Source of the DNA: Synechococcus sp.
Lineage (GTDB): Bacteria; Cyanobacteriota; Cyanobacteriia; PCC-6307; Cyanobiaceae
Reading direction: 5' to 3'
Assembly (NCBI GenBank): GCA_047285535.1
Contig: JBJBDC010000001.1
Span: forward strand, 1,184,136 to 1,248,135
DNA length: 64,000 nt
Shown here in pieces: positions 36,948 through 48,354 of this stretch. Within the stretch, counting starts at the first letter, position 1. Each line of letters begins with the position of its first letter. The notes below the pieces were generated by a model that was given only the letters and a program-made list of their open reading frames with translations, did no database searches and had not been told where the DNA came from. The position numbers and the translations under genes were made by a program.

Positions 36948-38074
36948 GCTCAACTGACGTTGCGGTTATTGGAGCCGGTGCAGCTGGCTCCAGCACAGCA
37001 TTCCATTTAGCCCGCTTAGGACATCGCGTCACCGTCCTTGAGCGCGATTTATGTACAAGAGTTAAACCCTGCGGTGGTGGCATGGCAGCCTCCGTTCAGC
37101 AGTGGTTCCCGTTTGATCTACAACCTGCTGTTGATGACGTCATCAACCAGGTTGATTTCAGCTGGTGCCTCACGGACCCAGTGGTGGCCCAGCTGCCAGG
37201 CTCTGCACCCTTCTGGATCGTCAAGCGAGAACGGCTTGATGCTCTCTTGCTTGAGCAAGCCATCGCATCAGGGGCAGAACTGCGTCGCCCCTTTGAGGTC
37301 GATGGTCTTCAAATGGATGGACAGCATTGGCTCCTACACAGCAAGGATGGTGAGGTCATCCAAGCCAAGGCCGTAGTTCTGGCTGACGGCTCAAATTCTC
37401 CTTGGCCCAGCCGCTTGGGGATCGGCCCCCGAAATCTCCATATGGCTACGACTCTTTCGGTTCGTCTCGAGGGTATGGGAACACTGAAACCCGGCACAGC
37501 CCGATTTGAATTTGGGCTCGTCCACCATGGTTTCGCCTGGGCGTTCCCACTTGCGAGTGGCATCAATGTGGGAGTGGGTACCTTTATTGGCCGTAGTGCC
37601 AGTGATGCGGAAGCCGTTCTCGAAGAACTTTTACCAGATCTTGGATTTTCCGCCAATGACGGACTTCGACAGAACGCGGAATTAAGAGTTTGGAACGGTC
37701 ATACACCCCTTCATGGGAAGGGAATCGTGGCGGTAGGAGATGCCGCATCATTATGCGACCCCTTTCTCGCCGAAGGCCTTAGACCTGCCCTGATGAGCGG
37801 CTGCGAAGCCGCAGCCAGTCTCGATTTATGGCTGCAAGGCAACCAGCCTGACCTCTCTGGTTACTCAAGCCGCATGCGTGAACGCTGGGGGGATTCCATG
37901 GCATGGGGGCGTCGGATTGCCCAAGTGTTTTATCGCTTCCCGAAAGTGGGCTATCAACTCGGAATCAAGCGCCCAACTGCACCCAAACGCATTGCCCAGA
38001 TCCTCTCAGGCGAGATGGGATACGGCGACATCGCTCAAAGGGTCATCCGCCGCTTAATGCTGCAAAGAAGTTAG
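36944..38074 (+). CDS. Geranylgeranyl reductase family FAD-dependent oxidoreductase
   Basis: [34 protein letters not shown]. Confidence 0.88.
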   Translation: MSSTDVAVIGAGAAGSSTAFHLARLGHRVTVLERDLCTRVKPCGGGMAASVQQWFPFDLQPAVDDVINQVDFSWCLTDPVVAQLPGSAPFWIVKRERLDALLLEQAIASGAELRRPFEVDGLQMDGQHWLLHSKDGEVIQAKAVVLADGSNSPWPSRLGIGPRNLHMATTLSVRLEGMGTLKPGTARFEFGLVHHGFAWAFPLASGINVGVGTFIGRSASDAEAVLEELLPDLGFSANDGLRQNAELRVWNGHTPLHGKGIVAVGDAASLCDPFLAEGLRPALMSGCEAAASLDLWLQGNQPDLSGYSSRMRERWGDSMAWGRRIAQVFYRFPKVGYQLGIKRPTAPKRIAQILSGEMGYGDIAQRVIRRLMLQRS

Positions 38075-39585
38075 AGATCAAGCATCAGCTGTTCAGCATC
38101 CCTAACTGCATAATCTCTTCGTCGCCGACTGCGACGCGGGCCGGTAGGAAACAATCCTGAACGTTTTGAACCATGACGCATCTGGATGCCATCGGCAATC
38201 TCTGAAAACTCAGCTCGTTTTCTGATCGCCCAAATCCTCTGTTTTGCCTGCCGAGCAGCAACTGCAGGTTCGACAATCGGCATGGGATAGTCAACTCCCA
38301 GCCTGAGGCCTACCTTTCGTTGGGCAGCCATCGATAGCTTCCATGGCTCATGCACATAAACATCCGGTACCCAATGGAGTTCTGGTAGCCATTTACGAAT
38401 GAACTCACCCTTTAGATCATGATCTTGACCTTGCTTAATCGGGTTGTAGATCCGCACGGTATTAATGGCTGTGCTGCCTGATTGCATCTGACACTGACTC
38501 CAGTGGATCCCTGGCTCGTAGTCGACGAACTGTCGAGCCAGATGGAGGCCGCTCTCTCTCCATGGCAACCAGAGGTGATAACTAGCGAAAGACATAAGCA
38601 TGGCTCGCATCCTGAAGTTGATCCAGCCATGAGACTGAAGTGCCCGCATACAGGCATCCACAAAAGGGACTCCAGTACGACCCTCCGCCCATGCTGCGAG
38701 CCGATCATCATCAGAACTCCGCAGCTCACGCATCAATGGATGAAAGTCATCGAATTCAATCGATGGCTGAGTTTCCAACTTTTGAATGAAATGGCAATGC
38801 CAATGCAGACGATTCTCAAAGGCACGGATGCCTCGTCCATGCTCTTGACGACTGCTCTGAATCACTTCACGCAGAGAAAGGCATCCCCAGCTGAGATAAG
38901 CAGAAAGACGAGAACACCCCTCAAAGGCAGTGAGTGGACTGGAAAGACTCCCTACGTAACCCTGCGCCCTTTCAATCAGAAACGACTCCAGTTGCTGCAA
39001 TCCTTCCCTGCGACCGCCAAATTGACGGTTGGGACAACAGTCACTCACTAGATCCTCTGCGGGCTTATCAGGTAAAGGACCAGGGGCCAGTCCTGCAATC
39101 GCTGGCAATCCATCAGGGACTGACGTCAAAGGCTCCGCCATCCGTGCCTCCCATCGTTGAGCCCAGCCTTGTCGCTGTCGAAGACCGCGGATGACCCCGA
39201 ACTGGGGAATTTGCGTCCAAGGAATTCCCTGAGTCTTGGCCCAGCTCGCTACGCGTCGATCGCGGGAAAACGTCCAATTATTTCCAGTCTCTTGATGGCT
39301 CCACAACCCTTCAATTTTGAATCTTCGATGGGCTTGCTCAAGCAAAGCAACAGCATCACCACTGCGCACTACTAAAGGTTGGCCTAATTCTGCAAGCTGT
39401 TCACGAAGCTCCTCAAGACTCTCCCGGCAGAAGGCCCACTGGCGTAACGAAAAATCCGGCTGCCGCCACAATTCAGGCTCCACGATATAAAGAGGAAGCA
39501 CAGGACCTCTCAGCAATGCCTGCCGAAGTGGCTGATGGTCCTGGATCCGAAGGTCTCGCTTGAACCAGACAAGCTGGAGAGCCAT
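38071..39585 (-). CDS. DNA photolyase/cryptochrome family protein
   Basis: WFKRDLRIQDH, SRLSAYL, GRTGVPFVDACMR, GWINFRMRAM, DYEPGIHW, RIYNP. Confidence 0.93.
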   Translation of the reverse strand: MALQLVWFKRDLRIQDHQPLRQALLRGPVLPLYIVEPELWRQPDFSLRQWAFCRESLEELREQLAELGQPLVVRSGDAVALLEQAHRRFKIEGLWSHQETGNNWTFSRDRRVASWAKTQGIPWTQIPQFGVIRGLRQRQGWAQRWEARMAEPLTSVPDGLPAIAGLAPGPLPDKPAEDLVSDCCPNRQFGGRREGLQQLESFLIERAQGYVGSLSSPLTAFEGCSRLSAYLSWGCLSLREVIQSSRQEHGRGIRAFENRLHWHCHFIQKLETQPSIEFDDFHPLMRELRSSDDDRLAAWAEGRTGVPFVDACMRALQSHGWINFRMRAMLMSFASYHLWLPWRESGLHLARQFVDYEPGIHWSQCQMQSGSTAINTVRIYNPIKQGQDHDLKGEFIRKWLPELHWVPDVYVHEPWKLSMAAQRKVGLRLGVDYPMPIVEPAVAARQAKQRIWAIRKRAEFSEIADGIQMRHGSKRSGLFPTGPRRSRRRRDYAVRDAEQLMLDL

Positions 39586-39858
39586 CGAAGACAATCCTTA
39601 CGAAATGCGCAAGATCACCTTAACGATTGATCACTGATATCGAAGCAGCAGATAATAATGAAAAGAGACCTACTCTCAAACCACTTTTGAATTACATGTA
39701 GACCTCCAAAAACCATCAAGAACAGACAAAAATAAATAAGGAAAAGAAGACCTTTACCCAACACTCGCCAAGCATGTATGCAAACTAAAAGACATTATTG
39801 AACAGGCTCAATACAATCGAGGAACGGACCATGCCTCGGCCAATTAAGCGCTTAAGAA

Positions 39859-41031
39859 TTAGACAGAGGTCAGAGCCAGAGCACCGCCGAAACCAGAACG
39901 CACATCATCTGGAGTCAATCGACCATCATGATCTTTATCAAGGGCATCAAATACCGCATCGCTCCCCAGCCATTCATCGCGAGTAATACAGCCATCACCG
40001 TTGAAATCATTCAATAAGAAAATCTCCTGAACAGCGTGACTGAAGGCAGAACCACCCTCAATCACCGCAAGACGATGGGCGAGCTGCTGTTCAAGGGTTT
40101 CGATAGCTTTACTGAAGCCCTTGATGCCTTCACTGAGTTTATCAGTAGCCATACGATCATTACTCATCATTGAATCGAAAAGCTCTTGATCGACATGAAT
40201 TTGCTCTGAAACTGCAGATGGATTTGCAGAATCTAGCTTGCGAATCAACTGTTCATTGCTGTTGCGCAATTGGTCAAGCAACTTCGGGGAAATGGTAAGA
40301 AGATCACAACCAGCCAGCTCGGTAATTTCATCGATATTACGGAAACTAGCTCCCATAATTTCAGTTTTGTAGCCATATGTTTTGAAATAATTGAAGATAC
40401 TTGTCACTGAAATAACACCCGGATCCTCTGGTCCAGGATAGGAGTCACGACCTGTATCAGCCTTGTACCAATCAAGGATGCGGCCGACGAATGGTGAGAT
40501 CAACGTAACATTCGCCTCGGCGCAGGCTACGGCCTGTGAGAAGCCAAACAAAAGGGTGAGATTGCAATGAATTCCTTCTTTCTCAAGAATTTCAGCTGCT
40601 TTAATTCCTTGCCATGTCGATGCAATTTTGATCAAAACCCGATCATTACTAATTCCGGAGTCGTTATAAAGGCGAATAAGCTTGCGACCTTTTGCAATCG
40701 TCGCTTCAGTGTCATAACTCAGTCGTGCATCAACCTCAGTTGAAACGCGACCAGGAACAATCTTGAGAATTTCCTTGCCGAAGATGACGCTGATCTCATC
40801 CAGCGCTTCATGCACGACTTGCTCGACAGGAGCGCTCTCCCCTAAAAGCTTACGAGAGGAGCGTAAGGCTTGATCGATGAGATTTTCATAGGCAGGAATC
40901 TGAGCTGCAGCAAGGATCAAAGATGGGTTGGTTGTCGCATCGCGAGGCGTAAAACGCCTAATTGCCTCGAGATCACCCGTGTCTGCCACCACGACTGTCA
41001 TGGCGGCAAGCTGCTCAAGGAGGGTGGCCAT
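39859..41031 (-). CDS. tal: Transaldolase with C-terminal EF-hand pair
   Basis: [47 protein letters not shown]-hand loops [12 protein letters not shown] and [12 protein letters not shown]. Confidence 0.97.
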   Translation of the reverse strand: MATLLEQLAAMTVVVADTGDLEAIRRFTPRDATTNPSLILAAAQIPAYENLIDQALRSSRKLLGESAPVEQVVHEALDEISVIFGKEILKIVPGRVSTEVDARLSYDTEATIAKGRKLIRLYNDSGISNDRVLIKIASTWQGIKAAEILEKEGIHCNLTLLFGFSQAVACAEANVTLISPFVGRILDWYKADTGRDSYPGPEDPGVISVTSIFNYFKTYGYKTEIMGASFRNIDEITELAGCDLLTISPKLLDQLRNSNEQLIRKLDSANPSAVSEQIHVDQELFDSMMSNDRMATDKLSEGIKGFSKAIETLEQQLAHRLAVIEGGSAFSHAVQEIFLLNDFNGDGCITRDEWLGSDAVFDALDKDHDGRLTPDDVRSGFGGALALTSV

Positions 41032-41085
41032 ATCGCAATTAAAAATCTATCAATTCAACCTAGCGACGTTTGGCAGTCTGACAGC

Positions 41086-42897
41086 TCAAGGAGAGGATTT
41101 ATCTGCTTGTACAGATGCAACTTGGCCACTAGGAGGGATTTTCTCAATCACGAGGAGACCATCAATAATGGATTTAGCCACAGGCAATGCCACCGTTGAG
41201 CCATAGGCATGAGCACCTTGTGGTTCATCCACAACAACCAGCACGACATAGCGTGGATTCTCAATCGGAAGCGTTGCGACAAAACTGCAAATCAAGGCCC
41301 CGGGGACATAAATACCATTCACTGCCTTTTGGGCTGTTCCTGTTTTACCCCCAATGCGATATCCAGGGGTACGAACCCCTTTACCACTTCCTTTTTCTAC
41401 AACAGATTCCATCCAGCTCAGCACGATGCGAGTCACCTCGGGGCGAAGCAATGGCTGCCCAGTGCGTTCGACTCTGGAAGCCAACCCATGACCAGCTCGC
41501 AAACCACGGGTGATATGAGGACTGACCAGCTTCCCACCATTGGCGATCATGGCATGAAGCTGGAGAAGCTTTAGAGGCGTCAACGAGAAGCCTTGACCAA
41601 ACGATGCGGTAGCTGGCTCAATCGGCTGAGACGTGAATTGTTCCTTGGTCTTCAACTGTCCCGCTACAGCACCGGGGAGATCGGTATCAGGCTTGGCATC
41701 AAGGCCAAGTCGGCTCAACCAGTCCCAATAATTGGAAGGACGCATTCGGCGCATTGCCTGAACCATGCCGACATTGCTCGAGACTTGGAGCACGGTTGCG
41801 AAATCAACCACTCCATTCCCTTTACGGTCATGGTTCCTAATCGGCCAACCACCAATCGTGAGAGCCCCGCTGTCGTAAACCGTATCTTGGGCATTAATGG
41901 CTCCTTCCTGAAGCGCTAATGCCAGGTTGATCGGCTTGAAGGTCGATCCAGGTTCATATAGGTCTTGAACAGACCATTCCCGAAAACGGTCTGGCTTGAA
42001 TTCCCAATAGCGATTGGCGTCATAGGTCGGAGTTGAAGCCAGCGCCATCAATTCGCCATTGGTGACATCCATAACAATGGCCACACCTTTTTTCGCTTTC
42101 CACTTCTTGACCTGTGCTGTTAACGCCTTGGCAGCCAGCTCCTGCAAGCGGGCATCCAGAGTGAGCTGCAATCTGAGATCATCTCCAAAAAAAACACCTG
42201 GAGCCAGATTGTCCGGCAGCGGCGTTCCATCCGCTCCGCGACGAAGGCTGCGAGCCTGTTCATGACGCTGAAGGTCAACATCACGACTCTGCTCGAGCCC
42301 GGCCTGTGGCTCTCTCTCTTGATTGAGGAAACCCACAACATTCGCAAACAGAGAGCCTTGCGGATATACCCGATAGGAGTAGGGCTCAAGGTCGATGCCA
42401 CTGATCCCTAAGGAACGGACGCTCGTGGCAGTTTCGGGGTCAATCCCCTCAGCCAACTTGATACCAGACGAGCTATCTCCCATCAGTTTGATGAGTTCTC
42501 CAGGCGAAAAGGACAACACCTGAGATAGACGCTCAGCGACCTCGGTGCTGTCACGAATCCGAGTCGGATCGTCTCCAGGAAAGTTGAAATAGCGGGGATG
42601 AGCCCAGAGTCGATATCGCTCTTCATCTAAAGCAACAAGCCTGCCGTTGCGATCAACAATCGGACGTCGACTACCGAGAGGCTTCGTGCGCTGAGTTTGG
42701 ACAACGCGCGCCCGCGCTTCCAATGTGGAAGCTTCGAATATCTGAAGCCAGGCCATACGCCCGATCAATCCGATCAATCCTGCACAAAGCAGGACAAACA
42801 CCCCTCGCATGCGACCGGCAGGCACAGTTTCAAGTCGAATGACCCTTCTTCGTTCACGACGAGCCGTGGAAGAAGTGCCTTGCCGGGTGGCTGGCAT
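41086..42897 (-). CDS. ftsI: Class B penicillin-binding protein (FtsI/PBP3)
   Basis: EPGSTFK (SxxK), SSNVG (SxN), GKTGTAQK (KTG), N-terminal TM helix. Confidence 0.93.
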   Translation of the reverse strand: MPATRQGTSSTARRERRRVIRLETVPAGRMRGVFVLLCAGLIGLIGRMAWLQIFEASTLEARARVVQTQRTKPLGSRRPIVDRNGRLVALDEERYRLWAHPRYFNFPGDDPTRIRDSTEVAERLSQVLSFSPGELIKLMGDSSSGIKLAEGIDPETATSVRSLGISGIDLEPYSYRVYPQGSLFANVVGFLNQEREPQAGLEQSRDVDLQRHEQARSLRRGADGTPLPDNLAPGVFFGDDLRLQLTLDARLQELAAKALTAQVKKWKAKKGVAIVMDVTNGELMALASTPTYDANRYWEFKPDRFREWSVQDLYEPGSTFKPINLALALQEGAINAQDTVYDSGALTIGGWPIRNHDRKGNGVVDFATVLQVSSNVGMVQAMRRMRPSNYWDWLSRLGLDAKPDTDLPGAVAGQLKTKEQFTSQPIEPATASFGQGFSLTPLKLLQLHAMIANGGKLVSPHITRGLRAGHGLASRVERTGQPLLRPEVTRIVLSWMESVVEKGSGKGVRTPGYRIGGKTGTAQKAVNGIYVPGALICSFVATLPIENPRYVVLVVVDEPQGAHAYGSTVALPVAKSIIDGLLVIEKIPPSGQVASVQADKSSP

Positions 42898-42901
42898 CGC
42901 T

Positions 42902-43357
42902 TTAATACCCTTGTCGGATCGAACGATCCAACAAAGAGCCTATGAAAGCGAGATGATCGGGAGATCCTTCAATTTTTTCGACGCCGGGGCGATCCATATA
43001 CAACAGTTTTGAAGCAGTCGTAGGAACCATGGATTTAGGAGTATGCGTTCGATCGAGGAGATAGCGTTCCAGCATGGCTGTGGACTCAGTGAGGCGGTGG
43101 CCGATAGCACGAGTATCCTCCAATCGCTGAAAGGCGACAGTCCAGCGGTATTGCCAGTGCAGGGTTAAGCCACTGAGGGCTAAAACAGCTGTAAAAACAC
43201 CAATTAAACTTCCATCCGCCACTCGATGTAGGCCAGCCAAAAGAGGAGACCGGCGTGCAACACGCTTCGCTGAAAGGGAGCCCTGAATGAGCTCCAGGGC
43301 ACCAGTGGCTGATGCGTGTTCCTGAAGTGCTGGTTGAGACTGGGGAACCGCGACCAC
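42902..43357 (-). CDS. Hypothetical single-pass membrane protein upstream of ftsI (possibly FtsL-like)
   Basis: One TM helix followed by a short coiled-coil-like segment, immediately 5' of ftsI. The FtsL call is inference. Confidence 0.6.
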   Translation of the reverse strand: MVAVPQSQPALQEHASATGALELIQGSLSAKRVARRSPLLAGLHRVADGSLIGVFTAVLALSGLTLHWQYRWTVAFQRLEDTRAIGHRLTESTAMLERYLLDRTHTPKSMVPTTASKLLYMDRPGVEKIEGSPDHLAFIGSLLDRSIRQGY

Positions 43358-43444
43358 GTCTAACGAATAAGGCAATGCGCCAGTGAACCATCCGCATGGT
43401 CAGCCCGCAAGGCCAACATCTCTGACGCCATCTGGAAAATCAAC

Positions 43445-44824
43445 TCAGCTTCCCAGCAAGACAAGATTCAAAAAGGTGACACCATTCCAAAGAGCGTGCA
43501 TCACCACGCAAGGCAGCAGACGACCACTACTCAAACGCAGTTGAGCCAAACCCAAACCAAGAACCAACAAGGGGAGCAATTCACCAATGCTGAGGTGAGC
43601 AACGGCAAACACAAGCGCACTGCCAAACACACTCCAGCCCCGTCCGAAAGAACGCCCCAACACGGGTAACAACACGCCACGGAAAATTGTTTCTTCAAAC
43701 AGAGGCGCCAACACCACTGCAGTAAGGGCCAGTAGAAGCAAAGCCAAAGGATCTCTGCCATCCAGAACCATTTGCAGCAGTGGATTGCTGCCTCCCTGGT
43801 CACCGATGAATCGACTCATCAGCCAACCGGTTAACACCACAGGTGGCATCACCATCAACCAGGCGCGACCACCCTGGAGAAAGGCTGTCCACAAGGGATT
43901 CAGCCGCCACTGCAGCCATCCACCCGCAGGCATGAGACGGGGATCTAGGCCTCGGAGCTGGCTTTTAAGGATGAGCAAGGGTGGTGTAGCCAAGGCGGCA
44001 TAGCCCACGATCACAGCCACCGCCTGATTGAGAGGCGCCGCGATACTCCGAGCCACTAATGCCGAAAAAGGCGTCACAAGCAGTGGCACCAACACCTCGC
44101 CCAGCACAACAAAACCGCCAGCGATCAGCAACACCATGTCAACCAAGCCAAGAAGAGGAGCTTGGAGTTCAGGCCAGGCTGACTGCCTTCGACGCAGGAC
44201 TAACCAAAGATGACGCAGCAGCAAAAGTGAACCCAACAACAACGCAGCGATTGGCAGCAGTTCGGTTAGGACAAGGCGTCGAGCTGCAGTCCTGGCGGCG
44301 GAGCGATCGACACACTTGGCCTGAGCTCCTCCCAGGGCCTGACAAACCAAACGGCGAGTTAGCGGATCAGGACTGTTTTCAGTCAAAAGGTCTTGGTCCT
44401 GAGAGGAGAGGTCGCGAGGGATCGGTTCACCTGCCAAGGCTTGCTGAAGCGCCTGAAGTTTTGGCGTCTGAAACGAAATCTCCAGCAAGGTGTTGCGACG
44501 AACTGGATCGTTTTCTAGCGATGCAAAGAGAAGTGCCTGGCGATCGCTGAGGCTATCGAGTGGCGTCTCTCTGAGAGTTTCCAGCAAACTCTTTGCTGGA
44601 TCCTTACCAACCAGCAAAGGTCTGAGCGATGGCGCCAAAGCCGGATCAGCCAGCAGGGCAAGCTCTTGCTGTTCCAAGGACAAAGCAGGTGCCACCGATG
44701 GGCGACCAAGGCTGTCCATCAGGCCAAGAAACCAAACACTGCAAGCCAGCACCATCGAGAGGACAGCCAAAAGGACCTTCCACTGAGGTGGTGAATTCGT
44801 CCGTTCGTTCAGCGGGCTGGTCAA
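43445..44824 (-). CDS. CPBP (CAAX/Abi) intramembrane metalloprotease
   Basis: APLFEETIFRG, FAVAH, MHALWN. Confidence 0.92.
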   Translation of the reverse strand: MTSPLNERTNSPPQWKVLLAVLSMVLACSVWFLGLMDSLGRPSVAPALSLEQQELALLADPALAPSLRPLLVGKDPAKSLLETLRETPLDSLSDRQALLFASLENDPVRRNTLLEISFQTPKLQALQQALAGEPIPRDLSSQDQDLLTENSPDPLTRRLVCQALGGAQAKCVDRSAARTAARRLVLTELLPIAALLLGSLLLLRHLWLVLRRRQSAWPELQAPLLGLVDMVLLIAGGFVVLGEVLVPLLVTPFSALVARSIAAPLNQAVAVIVGYAALATPPLLILKSQLRGLDPRLMPAGGWLQWRLNPLWTAFLQGGRAWLMVMPPVVLTGWLMSRFIGDQGGSNPLLQMVLDGRDPLALLLLALTAVVLAPLFEETIFRGVLLPVLGRSFGRGWSVFGSALVFAVAHLSIGELLPLLVLGLGLAQLRLSSGRLLPCVVMHALWNGVTFLNLVLLGS

Positions 44825-44947
44825 CAGACGATTGGCAACTGCAAATGATTCTCTCCGTCCAAGCGCTGAGATCTATTGATTTAAGCCATTTCTCCGTGCC
44901 ATTGGACGGTGCACCCATACGATGACCGCGCCTTTCCTCTTGTTTCG

Positions 44948-46276
44948 GTGTCCCTGCGTCTCCTCCTGGTCCGCCATGGCCTGAGCAGCTTCAACGTTGA
45001 GCGCCGTATCCAGGGGCGTAATGACTTATCAACGCTCACGACAACCGGCGAAGACCAAGCTCGCCGCGTCGGGCTCGCTTTGGCAGACGTTCCGATTGAT
45101 GCGGCCTATAGCTCACCTCTGCAACGTGCTGCGGCTACCACTGCTGGGGTTCTAAGTGTGCGTCAAGACGGACTGACTGCTTCTTTGGATAACGGACTAC
45201 TTGAGGTGGATCTAGAGCCTTGGAGCGGACTCACAGCCGAGGAACGGGCGGTCAAGGATCCCGAGGGCTATGCCACTTGGCGCCAACAACCGGAGGAGCT
45301 GGAGCTCAAGCGCGCCGACGGTACGCACTACAAACCGATCGCAGATTTAATGAATCAGGCGCGTCAGTTTTTAAAGAACCTGATGGGGCGTCACCCCGTA
45401 TCTGGCAATGCAACGGTGCTGGTGGTTGGTCACAACGCCATTCTCCGATGTTTGATTCTCGTGTTGCTAGGCGAACCCCAAGGTGGCTTTAGGCGACTGC
45501 ACCTTGACAACGCGTCTCTATCAGTGTTGAACCTCTCTTGCAAGCCTGACGGTTACAACGTTCAGATTGAATGCCTCAACAACATTGCCCACCTCAATCC
45601 CTCGCTACCCAAAAAAGGGCCAAACGCACGTCTTGTCCTTGTACGCCACGGAGAAACAGATTGGAACCGCCAGGGGCGCTTCCAGGGACAGATTGACATC
45701 CCACTGAACAGCAACGGTCATGCCCAAGCAGAGGCCGCTCGCGGATTCCTTGAAGATGTTGTTCTTGATCGGGCTTACAGCAGCTCAATGTCTCGTCCCA
45801 GAGAGACCGCTGAAGGGATTTTGAAATCACACCCTGGCGTCCCACTCACCGTGACCGATGGCCTGATGGAAATCGGTCACGGTCTTTGGGAAGGAAAACT
45901 GGAATCAGAAATCCGTGACAGTTGGGAGGAGTTGCTACAGGCCTGGAAAGACACCCCCGAAACGGTGCAAATGCCCGAAGGCGAAACCATTCAGGAGGTG
46001 TGGGAACGCTCCGTGAACTGTTGGAACACCATCGCCGCTGGGCTCGATCCAGCAGAAACCGCCTTAGTCGTTGCGCATGACGCAGTAAATAAAACAATCC
46101 TTTGCCATCTCTTAGGACTTGCTCCCAAAGACATTTGGGCAGTCAAACAAGGTAATGGAGGAGTCACAGTGATCGACATGCCTGAAGATCCCAGCCAACC
46201 TGCTGTAGTGAGCTGTCTGAATCTGACGTCCCACCTCGGTGGCGTGCTGGATCGAACCGCAACGGGAGCGCTCTGA
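44948..46276 (+). CDS. Two-domain histidine phosphatase (phosphoglycerate mutase family)
   Basis: Two RHG motifs (LVRHGLS, LVRHGET), SSPLQRA / SSSMSRP, VGHNA / VAHDA. Confidence 0.92.
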   Translation: MSLRLLLVRHGLSSFNVERRIQGRNDLSTLTTTGEDQARRVGLALADVPIDAAYSSPLQRAAATTAGVLSVRQDGLTASLDNGLLEVDLEPWSGLTAEERAVKDPEGYATWRQQPEELELKRADGTHYKPIADLMNQARQFLKNLMGRHPVSGNATVLVVGHNAILRCLILVLLGEPQGGFRRLHLDNASLSVLNLSCKPDGYNVQIECLNNIAHLNPSLPKKGPNARLVLVRHGETDWNRQGRFQGQIDIPLNSNGHAQAEAARGFLEDVVLDRAYSSSMSRPRETAEGILKSHPGVPLTVTDGLMEIGHGLWEGKLESEIRDSWEELLQAWKDTPETVQMPEGETIQEVWERSVNCWNTIAAGLDPAETALVVAHDAVNKTILCHLLGLAPKDIWAVKQGNGGVTVIDMPEDPSQPAVVSCLNLTSHLGGVLDRTATGAL

Positions 46277-46280
46277 ACCG

Positions 46281-47558
46281 ATGACTGAGACGATGCTGCT
46301 TGACCCGGTACGGGTTCTAGTCGCTAGCGATCATTCGCTCCAAGAAGGCAGTGCTGCGCTCTTTGAAAATGATCGTCTCATGGCACTTGGAGACGAGGCA
46401 CGAGACCTAGCCGCAAAACAAGGCATTCCAGGCCTCGACAGGTCCAACCAGGTCCTCGCCCCATGCCTCGTCGATCCTCATTCAAGCCTTTTCTCTCCAT
46501 TCACAGGGAATGGTGAAACCCTGGTCAGTCTTCTCCGCTCCGCAGGCCAAGCAGGCTATGGACAACTGGCACTGCTTCCCAATGGTTCTTCAGCACGAGA
46601 CAGTCCTGAACAACTGAAGGGATTCCAATTACGGCACTGCGATCTCCGGGTCCATTTGTGGGGAAGCTTCAGTCAAGGGGGAGCAGGCGAGCACCTCAGC
46701 AGCCACGCAGACCTCCTGGAGGCTGGCGCCATTGGCCTTTGCGCTGGGGAGCAAATGCCTTCTCCCAACCTTCTAGATCGTGCTCTCCTACTCGGAGAGA
46801 TGGCTGGAGCTCCTGTTCTTGTAGCACCTCATGACTCCAGCCTGCGGGGGCACGGCATGTTGCGTGAAGGCGTGGAAACGCTGCGCGCCGGATGGCCAAC
46901 AGACCCAATCACCAGTGAAACCCTGCCAATGGGTCAGCTGCTTGAACTCCAACGTCGCCATCAGAATCGCAACCTCGTACTGATGAATCTCTCGACAGCT
47001 GATGGCGTTGAGATGCTGGGCCAAACAACATCACCACCACTTGCCACTGTGAGCTGGTGGCATTTGGTTCAAGACCTGTCGAGCCAAAGAGTTGAATCCA
47101 ACAGCTGGTTTGTCACCCCCTCCATCGGCGGAACAGCTGATCGAAACGCTTTAATTGGAGCTCTAAAACAAGGGCAAATCGCCGCCGTTGCTGTTCATGC
47201 CATTCCCCTTGATGATGAGGAGTGTCTTTTGCCACCAGATCAACGCCCCAAAGGCCTCTCTGGTCATCACCTTGTACTTCCAACGCTTTGGCAGCATCTC
47301 GTCGTCGATTTGGGATGGAGCGTGAATCAACTTTGGCAAGCGATCAGTTTTGGCCCGGCACGACTCTTGGGACAAAAGGAAGAGCGACTCACAATCGGCA
47401 GCAACCGTTGGTTGCTGTTTGATCCTGATATGACTTGGCTTCAGAGCCGTGATGCACCCCAAGCCCCCAGAGCTGCTAACCAGCCCTGGCTTGGACTTTC
47501 TATAAGAGGTCAGGTGGTGAGCTGTGGACTCAAGACCCCAATGCACCGAGGCGATTAA
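46281..47558 (+). CDS. Dihydroorotase-like protein (probably non-catalytic)
   Basis: Amidohydrolase-type layout (LAPCLVDPH, GETL.SL, PARLLG, PWLG...GQV). The metal-binding HxH is reduced to PHS. Confidence 0.8.
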   Translation: MTETMLLDPVRVLVASDHSLQEGSAALFENDRLMALGDEARDLAAKQGIPGLDRSNQVLAPCLVDPHSSLFSPFTGNGETLVSLLRSAGQAGYGQLALLPNGSSARDSPEQLKGFQLRHCDLRVHLWGSFSQGGAGEHLSSHADLLEAGAIGLCAGEQMPSPNLLDRALLLGEMAGAPVLVAPHDSSLRGHGMLREGVETLRAGWPTDPITSETLPMGQLLELQRRHQNRNLVLMNLSTADGVEMLGQTTSPPLATVSWWHLVQDLSSQRVESNSWFVTPSIGGTADRNALIGALKQGQIAAVAVHAIPLDDEECLLPPDQRPKGLSGHHLVLPTLWQHLVVDLGWSVNQLWQAISFGPARLLGQKEERLTIGSNRWLLFDPDMTWLQSRDAPQAPRAANQPWLGLSIRGQVVSCGLKTPMHRGD

Positions 47559-48273
47559 ATGGCCAGAAGCGCCACACGGCCCGACCAATAATCTGATCTT
47601 CAGGGAGGAAGGGACCTCCGGGCCAGTAACGCCCATCCCAGCTGTTGCTCCGATTATCACCAAGTACCAAGACCCGTCCCTCAGGGACTGTGACGTTCAG
47701 CGTTCGACAGAGGCTCATCCCCCGCTTATCCAGGCTGCAGTAGTTCGTCACATATGGTTCATCGAGAGCAGCACCGTTCACAGTGACCTCTCCTCGAGGA
47801 TTCACCACCACTTGATCCCCTGCAACAGCCACAACCCTTTTGATGTAGGCATCACAAGCAGGATTTCCTACCCCTGGAATCAAACCAATCAAGGGCAGAT
47901 TTGCAAGAGCACATTGAAACGGTGAAGGAGACGTTGTGGAGCGCAGCGCAGGATCAAAGGCGTATGGGGAGTTGAAAACAACGATTTCTCCGCGACGAGG
48001 CTTGCGTTGGCGGTAGGTGAGTTTCTCAACAAGCAGACGGTCTTGAATCTGTAATCCCGGGAGCATCGATCCAGAAGGAATAAATCGTGCTTCTGCCAAA
48101 TAGTGGCGAATGCCTAGATAAAGAGCCACGGTAAATAGCACCGGAGCCCAAAAATCCCAGAGTGGATGACCAGGACCACGCTGCTTTTTTAGATCCTTGT
48201 TGCGACCCTGGACTGGCTCGCTACCAATTGGCCGGTTGTCGTCAGAACGACTGTTTTGCTGCGTGTCTGCCAA
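47530..48273 (-). CDS. lepB: Signal peptidase I
   Basis: IPSGSMLPGL, YIKRVVA, GDNRSNSWDGRYW, IIGRA. Confidence 0.96.
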   Translation of the reverse strand: MADTQQNSRSDDNRPIGSEPVQGRNKDLKKQRGPGHPLWDFWAPVLFTVALYLGIRHYLAEARFIPSGSMLPGLQIQDRLLVEKLTYRQRKPRRGEIVVFNSPYAFDPALRSTTSPSPFQCALANLPLIGLIPGVGNPACDAYIKRVVAVAGDQVVVNPRGEVTVNGAALDEPYVTNYCSLDKRGMSLCRTLNVTVPEGRVLVLGDNRSNSWDGRYWPGGPFLPEDQIIGRAVWRFWPFNRLGALGS

Positions 48274-48354
48274 CAGGCCCCTTACTTCAATCCTGATAAT
48301 CACGATAGGCGCGATCAGCCTGCGCTTCTAGCCTGAATACAGGCTCATTCATCC

